The position numbers and the translations under genes were made by a program. The notes under the pieces were generated by a model. It was not told the DNA's origin, made no database searches, and worked only from the letters and a program-made list of their open reading frames with translations. A DNA stretch of 63,445 nt, the filler included, from Octopus bimaculoides (Eukaryota): assembly GCF_001194135.2 (NCBI RefSeq). It is 7 parts of 5 records of this genome, joined end to end, with 100 filler letters (N's around TTAATTAATTAA, not from the genome) between each part and the next. Parts side by side here need not be neighbours in the genome. Positions count along the whole stretch, not along the records: positions 1 to 8,848 come from NC_069005.1; positions 8,949 to 17,873 come from NC_068993.1; 5 more parts are not named here. One strand, given 5' to 3'. Of this stretch, positions 1-10,195 are shown piece after piece. How positions within the stretch are numbered: position 1 is the first letter of the stretch; each line of letters begins with the position of its first letter.

Positions 1-62
1 TTCTGCCACTTAAAAATAATTTTTTTAAAAAAAGTGTGTCCACACGTATGTTTGTGCATGTG

Positions 63-65
<3 letters not shown>

Positions 66-128
<63 letters not shown>

Positions 129-146
129 CGTGCGTGCGTGTGTTTG
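66..146. repeat. (TG)n/(TGCG)n microsatellite in the presumed PHF12 3' UTR
   Basis: Direct sequence; lies ~130 bp downstream of the minus-strand stop at 279. Confidence 0.95.
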
Positions 147-278
147 TGTTTCCAAGTGCTGGGATGATATTTGGTGATTACTGCAACTGCTTTTGCCCCT
201 TCCACACCTCCTCCAACAATTCCCTCAAATCCCACCCCATCCACACATCTCCCACCTATCATCTGTCAGGAATGGCTC

Positions 279-500
279 CTAAGTTTTCACCTCCATTTTG
301 AGGAGAGGTTGTTGTGTAGTTTCCTGTTTGATGAACTGTGAGGTATCAATGGTGGCATGGTCGACAATGCTGAACACAAACTGCAAGCAGCCAGTCTTTA
401 TGTAACTACCATGGTGCAACAGTGCAGTGCCTTCCCATCCTGCACCACTGCCACCTATGAGACTGGATCCACTTCCTGTGCAGTTGCACTGCTTCTTGAT
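279..500 (-). CDS. PHF12: PHF12 terminal coding exon ([50 protein letters not shown]...MEVKT*)
   Basis: Acceptor ttccAG at 502-501; 222 nt, phase 0; TAG at 281-279. [33 protein letters not shown] matches vertebrate PHF12 as I recall it. Absent from the ORF track. Confidence 0.92.
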   Translation of the reverse strand: MKKQCNCTGSGSSLIGGSGAGWEGTALLHHGSYIKTGCLQFVFSIVDHATIDTSQFIKQETTQQPLLKMEVKT

Positions 501-828
501 CTGGAAAGATTTGGAAAGAAGAAAAAAAAAGTATATTTATCTATCTATCTATATATGTATATATGTATATATAAAGGAGACCACTAGGTGGACGGCTAAT
601 GTGCTAGAAGAAGATCACATGTAATGCGTCTCCTAAGACTGAATTGTTCTCAAAGAAAAATTTAGCAATACACACACACACACACATACACAAGAGATAA
701 GTAAAACATTCTGCATTTGATGGCATAAAATTACATGAGCATATTAGATGCACTCTAATTTCAGCAGAGCAAATTCAGGAAAAAAGGATTTCAATGTATC
801 AAAACATGTAATACTGATTTCAAATTTT

Positions 829-990
829 GGCACAAGGTCAGCAAGTTCACAAGACAGGGTAAGTCAATTACACCAACCCCAGTGCTCAACTGGTACTTAT
901 TTTATTGACACTGAAAAGATGAAAGGCAAAGATGAAATGCCATTAAGCATTTTGCCAGGTGTGCTAATGCTAATCATCCTGCCAGCTCAC
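829..990 (-). mobile_element. SINE family C copy, CpG-decayed, internally deleted
   Basis: Reverse complement of the family C unit (AGCTGGCAG head, TTTGCCTTTCATC middle, CCTTGTGCC tail) also seen at 39480 and 56343. Confidence 0.75.
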
Positions 991-1029
991 CATCTTTTTA
1001 AAGCAAGTAATATTTGCAGCAACTTTAAA

Positions 1030-1235
1030 GGTGGTAAGCTGGCAGAATCATTAGCATGCTGGGAAAAATGCTTAGCAGTATTTCTTCTGACTTTATGTTT
1101 GGAGTTCAAATTCCACCAGGGTTAACTTTGCCTTTCCTCTTTTCAGGGTCAATAAAGTAAGTACCAGTTAATGTCATCAACTTGCACTCTCCCCCATAAT
1201 TGCTAGCCTTGTGCCAAAATTTAGAACTAATATTT
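1030..1235 (+). mobile_element. SINE family C copy (tRNA-like head), CpG-decayed
   Basis: GGTAAGCTGGCAGAATCATTAGC...GAGTTCAAATTCC (B-box-like)...CCTTGTGCCAAAATTTAGAA; CG to TG/CA changes relative to copies beyond 9 kb. Confidence 0.85.
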
Positions 1236-1924
1236 ACAGCAATTTCACATATGAGAACCAGTGATTTTTTGGAGACATTTGTTTGGTAAAAAGTATGTCT
1301 TTTATGCCCTCAAATAAGATAATCATCATAAACTTCTAAACCAATAAAATCTTTCTTAGGGACCTCACACAAGAAAATATAAATAAATTAATATTACCAA
1401 TATAATTATTCTTTTATTTTTTTACTTATATTATTCATTGAATTGTGGTTTTGCTGGGGCTCTATCTTGAAGGGTTTCATTGATCCAATCAACCCTGGTA
1501 TTTTTTTTTATACCAACCCACCTGAGACAGTCCATTGTTTTATGATACAAACTTCCTGTTTAGATGGTCTTTAAGAAGAAAATACTTGCCCAAGGTATCA
1601 CACATCAAATCTTTTCTGCCACAGCCTATTCTGTCATAGCCTTTTCTGCCACAGCAAAGCAGTTTACAGGATAGAATACCTTGCAGTATTTGTTCCAACT
1701 TTCATGCATTGTGAGTTCAAATCCCACTGCGGTTGAATTTTGCCTCTCATCCCTCCAGGGTCAATAAAAGTAAGGATACAGAGATACAATGTAGGGAATT
1801 AGCAAAAAACTCTTCAGATCCTGACAAAAACAGCTGTGATGACAGTGGCACCTTTAGTGTTTTGGCTTTTAGAATACTCTGCCAAATGTAATCCCTATTT
1901 ATTCACAATGTTTTCAATTAATCG

Positions 1925-2415
1925 TGCATTATCTGAAATTTCAGGGTAGGGGGCTAGTCTATGACACTGACCTCAGTCCTTCAATGGTACTTCTTTCTAA
2001 CAACCCCAAAAGGATGAAAAGTGAAGTCAACCTCAGAACATTCACAAATTCTCATGTCTCTATGTAGGCATCCAATTCCATTATTATGAATTTGAATTGG
2101 GAGCTAGAGTTGTAGTGAGTCTTTCATTAGCTGACTACACAACCATGGACGCCACCCCTATGGATGTGTTGCAGTTTCTATCTTGATGAAGCTTGTCGAT
2201 CCTGACCACTGATCTGCTACAATTCTTCTGCTCAGCATCAATGCAAGAAGCACTGTTGGGTAAGTTGAGCTCTTCCACTACCTCTTAACAATTCACCATG
2301 CTGCAGTCCCATGACTTGGATCACTTCACGAAGTATTTTCAAAATACCCACACACCTATACTCAGAACATAAATAACTGAAACGCCATTAAGCATTTTGC
2401 CCAACATGCCAGCTT
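1925..2415 (-). mobile_element. SINE family C copy split by a 319 bp insertion
   Basis: Family C homology at ~1925-2041 resumes at 2361-2415. Confidence 0.6.
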
Positions 2416-2417
2416 GT

Positions 2418-2555
2418 TGCCAAGGCCAGCAATTTTGAGGAGCAGAGGTAAGTCAATAACATTGATTCCAGTGTTCAACAGGTATTTATTTTATTGACCC
2501 TAAAAGGATGAACGGCCAAGTTGAGCTCAAGGGAATTTGAACTGAGAATGTAAAG
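2418..2555 (-). mobile_element. SINE family C 3' portion, abutted by a family A SINE
   Basis: ...GACCCTAAAAGGATGAA...GGAATTTGAACTGAGAATGTAAAG matches the family C reverse complement. Confidence 0.7.
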
Positions 2556-2556
2556 G

Positions 2557-2880
2557 TGGCTGTGTGGTAAGAAGCTTGCTTCCCAACCACATGGTTCCGG
2601 GTTCAGTCCCACTGCATGGCACCTTGGGCAAGTACCTTCTACTATAACCTCAGGCCAACTATAAAGCCTTGTGAGTGGTTTTGGTAGATGGAAACTGGAA
2701 GAAGCCCATCGTGTGTTTGTGTGTGTCTTTGTGTTGGTGTTTGTCTCTCCATTACTGCTTGACAACTGGTGTTGATGTGTTTATGCCACCATAACTTAGT
2801 GGTTCGGCTAAAGTAACCGATAGAATAAATACAAGGCTTAAAAACCCTTCAAGGCTCCAACATTGCCGCCGTCAAATAAA
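2557..2880 (+). mobile_element. SINE family A, near full length (tRNA-derived head, TG middle)
   Basis: A-box-like TGGCTGTGTGGT, B-box-like GGTTCAGTCC, CCTTGGGCAAGT motif; collinear with 62291-62723. Confidence 0.85.
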
Positions 2881-2918
2881 AAAAAACTGGAAATAATAAT
2901 AATAATAATAATACTCAC

Positions 2919-3203
2919 GCCCCGCCACTTGGCACTCATGGTGGGTCGGTTATTGTTGATGTGGTTCCTATCATCACTGCTAGAATCTTGGCTCTCCTTG
3001 TTGAGTCCAGAGCCATTGTGACTTTCTTTGTTGGAGTTACAGCTGCTCTCTTTCCTTTTGGAGATGATGCTCCGAACCGATGCCACAAATGGTGTTGGTT
3101 GCCGCATTGTGGCAGTCTTGTCAGAGAAATCACATGAATAAAGAACGTTGTCAGCCGTCGTGCCGTGTTCGCTGTAGTTGAGGAGTTCATAGTGACGAGT
3201 CGT
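2919..3203 (-). CDS. PHF12: PHF12 penultimate coding exon ([29 protein letters not shown]...MSAKWRG)
   Basis: Pyrimidine tract plus ctgcAG at 3205-3204; donor GTGAGT at 2918; 285 nt, phase 0-0; [23 protein letters not shown] is a PHF12 FHA-region motif. Confidence 0.93.
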
Positions 3204-3257
3204 CTGCAGGTGACAATAAGAATTTAAAAAAAATAATAAACAATATAAGAACAGACA

Positions 3258-3409
3258 TGGCTGTGTGGTAAGAAGCTTGCTTTCCAACCACATGATTCCA
3301 GGTTCACTCCCACTGCATGGCACCTTGGGCAAGTGTCTTGTACTATAGCCTCAGCCTTACCAAAGCCTTATGAGTGGATTGGGTAGACAGAAACTGAAAG
3401 AAGCCCATC

Positions 3410-3476
<67 letters not shown>

Positions 3477-3535
3477 CTCTTCAAGTTGGTCCCCCAGCAT
3501 GGCTGCAGTCAAATGACTGAAACAAATGAAAGATA
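3258..3535 (+). mobile_element. SINE family A with (TG)n middle and deleted 3' half
   Basis: Family A head, TG array, then the CCAGCATGGCTGCAGTCAAATGACTGAAAC tail. Confidence 0.8.
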
Positions 3536-3997
3536 TAAACTAAAATAAACCAGCAGAAGGTCACAGGAAACCACTGCAGTATCTTTCCCCAAGAAAAATC
3601 AGGAATCTTCAGACTTTGGTATGGAAGTCCTTGATTGCCGATGCAAGCAGGTTTGGCAAATGAAGGAAGAGGGACAGAGAGGATTTCATTACCCAAAACA
3701 TCCCTTCTTTCCAATTCTTAAGACAGTAGTGTACAATTTGACAGATTTGGCTGCTATTTCTAGCAGACTGAACAACACCAAGGGTGGAGGGCTTCATTAT
3801 GATGTAACCAAGGTTGAGTGTGGCAGAGGGGATGTTTTGTTTATGTGTCATACAATTGTCAAACATTGTACACTCCACTCTCAAGACAGAAAAGGTACCT
3901 CTACCTAGCTGGACACACAAGTCAAATCTCCCTCAGTCTCAGAAAAAAGAAAGACACATTAGACAATGCAGTCCCAGATACATTATGTATGTCTTGT

Positions 3998-4190
3998 GGC
4001 TGTGTGGTTAAGAAGTTTGTTTCCCAACCACATGCTTTCAGGTTCAGTCAAACTGCACAGCACCTTGAACAAATACCTTCTACAGTAGTCCCAAACCAAT
4101 TTGGCTTGGGGCTAAAGTAGTAGGACTTGTGAGTAGATTTGGTAGACGGAAACAGAAAGAAGCCCATCATACGCACACACACACACACAC
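3998..4190 (+). mobile_element. SINE family A head, truncated by an N gap
   Basis: TGGCTGTGTGGTTAAGAAG...GGTAGACGGAAACAGAAAGAAGCCC followed by (CA)n. Confidence 0.75.
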
Positions 4191-4628
4191 NNNNNNNNNN
4201 NNNNNNNNNNNNNNNNNNNNNNNNNNNNNNNNNNNNNNNNNNNNNNNNNNNNNNNNNNNNNNNNNNNNNNNNNNNNNNNNNNNNNNNNNNNNNNNNNNNN
4301 NNNNNNNNNNNNNNNNNNNNNNNNNNNNNNNNNNNNNNNNNNNNNNNNNNNNNNNNNNNNNNNNNNNNNNNNNNNNNNNNNNNNNNNNNNNNNNNNNNNN
4401 NNNNNNNNNNNNNNNNNNNNNNNNNNNNNNNNNNNNNNNNNNNNNNNNNNNNNNNNNNNNNNNNNNNNNNNNNNNNNNNNNNNNNNNNNNNNNNNNNNNN
4501 NNNNNNNNNNNNNNNNNNNNNNNNNNNNNNNNNNNNNNNNNNNNNNNNNNNNNNNNNNNNNNNNNNNNNNNNNNNNNNNNNNNNNNNNNNNNNNNNNNNN
4601 NNNNNNNNNNNNNNNNNNNNNNNNNNNC

Positions 4629-4915
4629 TTGTAGGGTTTTCGAGCGAGATCGTTGCATGTGCCCCTGGACTGGCTCTTGTGCGGGTGGCACATAAAAGAC
4701 ACCATTTCGAGCGTGGACGTTTTCGTGCGGGTGACACGTAAAAGCACCCACTACACTCTCTGAGTGGTTGGCGTTAGGAAGGGCATCCAGCTGTAGAAAC
4801 TATGCCAAATTAGATTGGAGCCTGGTGTAGCCATCCGGTTGCACTAGTCCTCAGTCAAATCGTCCAACCCATGCTAGCATGGAAAGCGGACGTTAAACGA
4901 TGATGATGATGATGA
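4629..4915 (+). mobile_element. SINE 3' module D ending in (GAT)n
   Basis: GTTGGCGTTAGGAAGGGCATCCAGCTGTAGAAAC...CCCATGCTAGCATGGAAAGCGGACGTTAAACGATGATGAT; near-identical reverse copy at 8612-8848. Confidence 0.85.
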
Positions 4916-5734
4916 TAGATAGATAGATAGATATAAATATACTGTGTATGTGTGTGTGTGAGCATAAGTATGTTTGCATCTCCTTGTCTTGATATGCCAT
5001 ATAAATGATTGTCCTTGTCATACAAGCAATGCCATTCATCTATAATAATAAATGCCAAAACAAATTTCTGTGTGTCAATGTGTCACACTTTGACCCCCTC
5101 TCTCACCATTCAATGACACTTCTTCTGCTCCTCTTGCTGAGGTGAGAGTAATAGTAGGCATAGAGATGGTAGTAGATTGACAGTTGAGATGGTAATGGGG
5201 TGACAGTAATAGTAAGAGCTGTAGTTGCAGTAGAGGCAGAGGCAACGGTGATGATGGTGGTGGTGGTGGTGGTGGTGGTGGTGGTAGCTGAGGTGATGAT
5301 GGTGGTGGTGGTAGCTGATAGTAAGGGATGTGAAAGACATTGGTGATGGTGGTGGAGGGGAAAGCATCGAAGTCAAAGATATTGTTAGTGGTGGCGTCAG
5401 AAGTCTGAATGGTGTATGTATGGCAGTTGTGGTGGCAATGGTGGTGGTACTGGTGATAATGATGGTTGAAAACAATCAACAGAAAGAGAGAGAGAGAAAG
5501 AAAGAGGTTAGACAGAAAAAAAATTGTACTGCAAAAACATGTCCAATCAAGGGCAAATATTACCTTGCTTGGAAACAAGTGAGGATAAGTGACAAGAAGG
5601 GCATCTGGTGATAGAAAATCTGCCTCAGTAAAACTCCATCCAACCCATGCAAGCATGGAAAAGATGGATGTTAAATTGATGAGCAAAAAGCAATGAACAA
5701 AAGAACAAATGAACGATTGTAGCAGCAACTTTCT

Positions 5735-5935
5735 GTCTGTGTTTTTCCCTCCATTACTGCTTGACAACCAGTGTTGGTGTGTTTACGTCTCCATAATTTA
5801 ATGGTTTGGCAAAAGAGACCAATAGAATAAGTACTAGGCTTAAGAAATAAGTCCTGGGGTCAATTTGTTCAACTAAAACCCTTCGAGGCAGTGCTCCAGC
5901 ATGGCCGCAGTCAAATGACTGAAGCAAGTAAGAGA
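5735..5935 (+). mobile_element. SINE family A 3' half
   Basis: GCTTGACAACC...GATAGAATAAGTACTAGGC...CTCCAGCATGGCCGCAGTCAAATGACTGAAGCAAGTAAGAG. Confidence 0.8.
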
Positions 5936-6207
5936 CTAAATATTCCTCAAACTTATCATCATGTCATCACTGAAGTAGCAGCAGCAGCAGCAGTAGTAGT
6001 GGCAGCAGCAGCTGCAGTGGGAGGGTGGTGTGGATTGGGGTGGGGTGAATTGGTAGAGTGGTCAGAGCATTAAAAAGAACACCCTTCCAATTCTGATTAA
6101 TTCAATGAAAATAAATCATGGTTGTTTTGTTTTTGTAAAACTTTTGATATATTTTTAGTCTCAAATATTTGTACATTGACAAAAGAATGAATGCAAAAAC
6201 CACTTAC

Positions 6208-6290
6208 CTCGTCATAGAATATGTAAGCATGCTTTGCTGATACGTAATTACAGTGTCCAAAATGAGTTAAGCAGACATCCATATCGGCAC
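6208..6290 (-). CDS. PHF12: PHF12 internal coding exon ((G)[27 protein letters not shown])
   Basis: Acceptor ttttctcttgtaaAG at 6292-6291; donor GTAAGT at 6207; 83 nt, phase 1-0; joins in frame to TTRHYELL. Confidence 0.92.
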
Positions 6291-6464
6291 CTTTACAAGA
6301 GAAAAATAAAACAAGGAAAATAAAAGACAAGAAGACAGTTTAATTTAAACTGTAAATAAACAACTTTGGTTTTGTAATATTTGTGTTGTTTGGGTACTTG
6401 GACATTAAAATAAATAATTTGATCTTTTTGTGATAAGTACAGGTAAGGCTGAGTGAATAACAAG

Positions 6465-6778
6465 TCCACATGGTTCTGGGTTCAGTCTCACTACATGATA
6501 CATTGGACAAGTGTCTTCTACTATAGCCCCAAACTGACCAAAGCTTTGCGAGTGGATTTTTGGTAGGCAGACACTAAAAGAAGCCTGTCATATATGTATA
6601 CGTGTGTGTGTGTGTACATATATAAGCACTGTGCTGGTGCTGCTTAAAAGTGGTGAGCATTAGGAAAGCATCCAGTCATAGAAACCATACCAAAACAGAC
6701 ATGGAGCCTGGGCACTCTCCAGCTGTCAAACCATCCATCCCATGCCATCATGGAAAACAGATGTTAAATGACGATGAC
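6465..6778 (+). mobile_element. Composite SINE: family A head, (TG)n, module D tail
   Basis: CCACATGGTTCTGGGTTCAGTC...AAAGAAGCC, then TAGGAAAGCATCCAG...CATGGAAAACAGATGTTAAATGACGATGAC. Confidence 0.7.
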
Positions 6779-6807
6779 ATACACACACACACACACATTC
6801 ACCAAAT

Positions 6808-7065
6808 CACTAGAAATCCACATGAGTAATAAAGCAACATTCCATGTGCATTTTACCAAGATGGCACCACTGTGCAAGCGAGCAGCTGGATGAATTCTGC
6901 GATCATTCCAAACCAGAAAAAAAGATACCATGCTACTCCTATAGAGAACTTTTGTTCTCAGTCATTTAGAATACTATTCCCAGCTGTGGTCACCACAGAG
7001 TGCCAAACTGGCGGTGGAACTTGAGGCAATCCAGCACCACTACACAAAGAAGACCAACTCAGTTG
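6808..7065 (+). pseudogene. CR1-clade LINE ORF2, RT C-terminal fragment
   Basis: One frame reads LEIHMSNKATFHVH...AG*ILRSFQTRKKDTMLLL*RTFVLSHLEYYSQLWSPQ...ELEAIQHHYTKK, resembling the CR1 HLEY..QLWSP region; two in-frame stops. Confidence 0.8.
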
Positions 7066-8530
7066 AGCTGTTGTTTCAGTACCCAATCATAATGCTGTAG
7101 TAACTAAATCATCTGTGTTTGTGAGCAGTCACCTTCTGATAATGCATTCCATGATCTTGCTAATATATGAAGTCAGAGAGATAGGCCTGTAATTTTTAGC
7201 ATCTATTCTGCTTCCTTCTTTATGGGCAAAGCATATGACACTTTCTTTAAACAGTTTAGGAAGTTTGCCACATGTAAGGAAACTCTGAAACAGTTTCTTC
7301 AGTGGTTTTGTGAGAGCTTTCTAGCATGTGCTTAGGAGAACACCTAGAAATCCATTCATTGCTGAGTTTAGCTCATCTTATCAATGGTCGATGATTGTTT
7401 CTTTCCCACATAGGTCTGCAGTGTTGAAAAACCTTTTAGGCTCGCTTATTTGCATGTTCCCCAGTGGCAAGGTGAAGACCATCTGGAATTGTTTATTTAG
7501 CACTTCACTTACCCTATTGGGGTCTACAGTTAGCAATCTTCTTCAAACAGTGGTCCTATCTTGTAGTGAACCACAAACATGTAGAAGTCTTTAGGATTTT
7601 TTTTTTCATATTTTCCATTGCCCTAGTCTCTCTTTCTACCCTTTCCTTTTCATGAGAAAATTTGAGTTTATTTTCGACCTCTAGAAGCACCTCTTTGAGG
7701 AGGGATTTCTTGCAGTCATTAAGTTGTTTATTTAAGTGATTGGAGATCTTTATTCTCCATCTCATAAGGACTCTCCTGTCTCAGGGAATGACATTTTTGT
7801 ATGTAGTCGCTCTCTTCTCTGGGACAAATTTAATGCACATGGCTCACATTATTGACATGAATTCTTTAAATTTTATAGCAATGTCTTGCATAGAGAGACT
7901 TTTAAGCCAATTTTGTTGAAGTATCCATTTTTCAATTGACTTCCAGTCAGTCTTGTTTAAGTTCAGACTGGATAGAATTTGGGTGTTGTCTGTATGGAAA
8001 ACATCAATTAGTTTGGAACATACATTGTTAATTCTATCATGTTGTGATTTGAGAAGATTGTTGGTGATATCTTCACATTGGGTATAAGATCTATGTTGTT
8101 GGTAAAACATTCCTGATTGGGAGAGTATTGTTTGCTCCATAAACAGCATTTTTGTGAGCTCAAGTAGAGATTCTTTTCAGTTGTTCGCTTTGAGATCATG
8201 TTGCCTTTAGGTCATCTGATGCTGGAGAAGTTGAAGTCACCAACAAGAAGCACATTAACGCTTTGATCTAGTTTTCTTAGTACTTCTTTTATCATTGTAA
8301 GGCTTTCCTCAAATTTACCATCATGATTTGAGGCATCAGATGGGCAATATAATGTGCATTTTACCACATCAAGTTGCTTTCAATGCACTATGAGTTTCTC
8401 AGAGACCGAGTTTGAGTGAGACCTCATCAGGATGTACGACGCAACTCCACTGTGACTTCTTTTTCTTCTATCTGCACAGAATACAGCACATGTGTATCTC
8501 AGCAGACAGATGTGTCTCTGTAAGTGCAAT
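7066..8530 (-). pseudogene. CR1-clade LINE ORF2 fragment: APE endonuclease to start of RT
   Basis: ETHL..AEI, DRRKRSHSGVASYI, LLVGDFNF, FSNHNMIE (APE motifs); then KNYRPISLTSYISKIMECII and QHYDWVLKQ; many stops and frameshifts. Confidence 0.88.
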
Positions 8531-8611
8531 GTATATTGCTTGTTTGATTGCATGCAGAAAGATCTCTCTGATATATATATATATATATATATATCTCATC
8601 ATCATCATCAT

Positions 8612-8848
8612 CATCGTTTAACGTCCGCTTTCCATGCTAGCATGGGTTGGACGATTTGACTGAGGACTGGTGAAACCGGATGGCAACACCAGGCTCCAAT
8701 CTAATTTGGCAGAGTTTCTACAGCTGGATGCCCTTCCTAATGCCAACCACTCAGAGAGTGTAGTGGGTGCTTTTACGTGTAACCCGCACGAAAACGGCCA
8801 CACTCGAAATGGTGTCTTTTATGTGCCACCCGCACAAGCCAGTCCAGG
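8612..8848 (-). mobile_element. SINE 3' module D (young, CpG-retaining)
   Basis: Reverse complement of 4629-4915, with (ATC)n tail at 8597-8615. Confidence 0.85.
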
Positions 8849-8948
8849 NNNNNNNNNNNNNNNNNNNNNNNNNNNNNNNNNNNNNNNNNNNNTTAATTAA
8901 TTAANNNNNNNNNNNNNNNNNNNNNNNNNNNNNNNNNNNNNNNNNNNN
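8849..8948. other. Artificial 100 bp contig spacer N44-TTAATTAATTAA-N44 (same spacer at 17874-17973, 25590-25689, 29467-29566, 59082-59181, 62082-62181)
   Basis: Identical 12-mer centred in six 100-nt gaps; TTAATTAATTAA gives stops in all six frames and is typical of assembly linkers. Confidence 0.9.
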
Positions 8949-8953
8949 CCACC

Positions 8954-9004
<51 letters not shown>

Positions 9005-9325
9005 GTTACTTATATTGATTTAAATGACCGCTATCCGAGTTTAAGTGATAGATTTCATATAAGAGAAACATAATTACAACAATATAGAAATTAAAATGAA
9101 TTACCGTATCCGTTTCTTTGTAGATGTATGTAAGAGTCAGCGTGTGATGGCAATTGGTTCGGATTAAAAAATGATATATGTATATTGAAAAACTACGCTT
9201 TAACAATTTATAATGAAATAACATTAAATATTTAAATTTAGATATGTGTGCATATGTGTGTACATACTTATATGTTTGTACGTATACATCTATTCACACA
9301 CACACACACACACACACACACTATA

Positions 9326-9365
<40 letters not shown>

Positions 9366-10009
9366 TATATATCGATACACAGAGGTGCCCGTTCACGCAC
9401 ACACAACACACACATATATACATGTTTCCCATGAGAAACGACGTCACTCACTTCTGTTGTATTGTCAGATAAGAATATATTTACTGTTTTACAAGCTGAG
9501 GTTTCCGTTAAGAAAACCAGTTGTATACAGGAACGTATATACACATGCACACACATATGAGTGTGTGTATGTGTGTGTGTATGTGTATGTTTGTGTGTGT
9601 ATGTGTGCCTGTATGTGTGTTATGTGTGTGTTTTCTAATTCAAGTATTCATTCACTTGGTCATTCGAAGCAATGATTGGGCGAGTTTAAGTGGTCGTTGC
9701 AGGTGGACAGTTATTAAGAAGCAGCATGTTAGAAACTTCGACATTTTATTTGATGAAAATCGGAAGCACTTTATTACACAAAATGTATCCTAAAACATTG
9801 TTTTTAAAAAAATATTATACAATTTATCTCAGGAAGGTTATCAAAAATAATTGGGATTTAAACAAATTAATATATTAAAACTTTGGGTGCACTGCTGAAA
9901 AAGATCATTAAACCAGGTATTTTCTTTCAAATTTGCATCGCATTAGCGCCAATAAACTGGTTCAATTTTAGTAAACTACAGCTTGATTTTTTGACAAAAT
10001 AAGCACTTG

Positions 10010-10195
10010 TCAAGTACTGGGAGATCGACTTGTCTCATCCCATTTTCGTCGTCTAGCGTGGGTCGTTTCGCTTTCTAATAAGCGAGAATTTGTCAGAAAG
10101 AGAAGCGACCCACGTTACACGACGAAAACAGTGAAGTGTGTGGGGTAAGAGTCTAATTGTTTGGGGATACATTAAAAGTGATGGTTCAGCATCAA
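10010..10195 (+). repeat. Duplicate of the SINE/Tc1 junction segment at ~10705-10900
   Basis: CAAGTACTGG...CGACTTGTCTCATCCCATTTTCGTCGT...TGGGGATACAT.AAAAGTGATGGTTCA occurs twice, ~700 bp apart. Confidence 0.85.

Noticed and set aside
357-587. Plus-strand ORFs at 357-624
   Set aside because: Antisense shadows of the PHF12 terminal exon.
3621-3908. 95 aa plus-strand ORF
   Set aside because: Antisense within a PHF12 intron, overlaps an old dispersed repeat core, no recognisable domain.
4048-4751. Long ORFs spanning N gaps (also 14111, 26224, 36423, 43829, 60597)
   Set aside because: Length comes from X residues; no coding information.
5075-5767. 230 aa Pro/His/Thr-rich ORF
   Set aside because: Translation of (GGT)n/(GAT)n microsatellites plus SINE sequence inside a PHF12 intron.
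8893-8904. Recurrent TTAATTAATTAA motif
   Set aside because: Always centred in exact 100-nt N gaps; an assembly linker, not a genomic motif.
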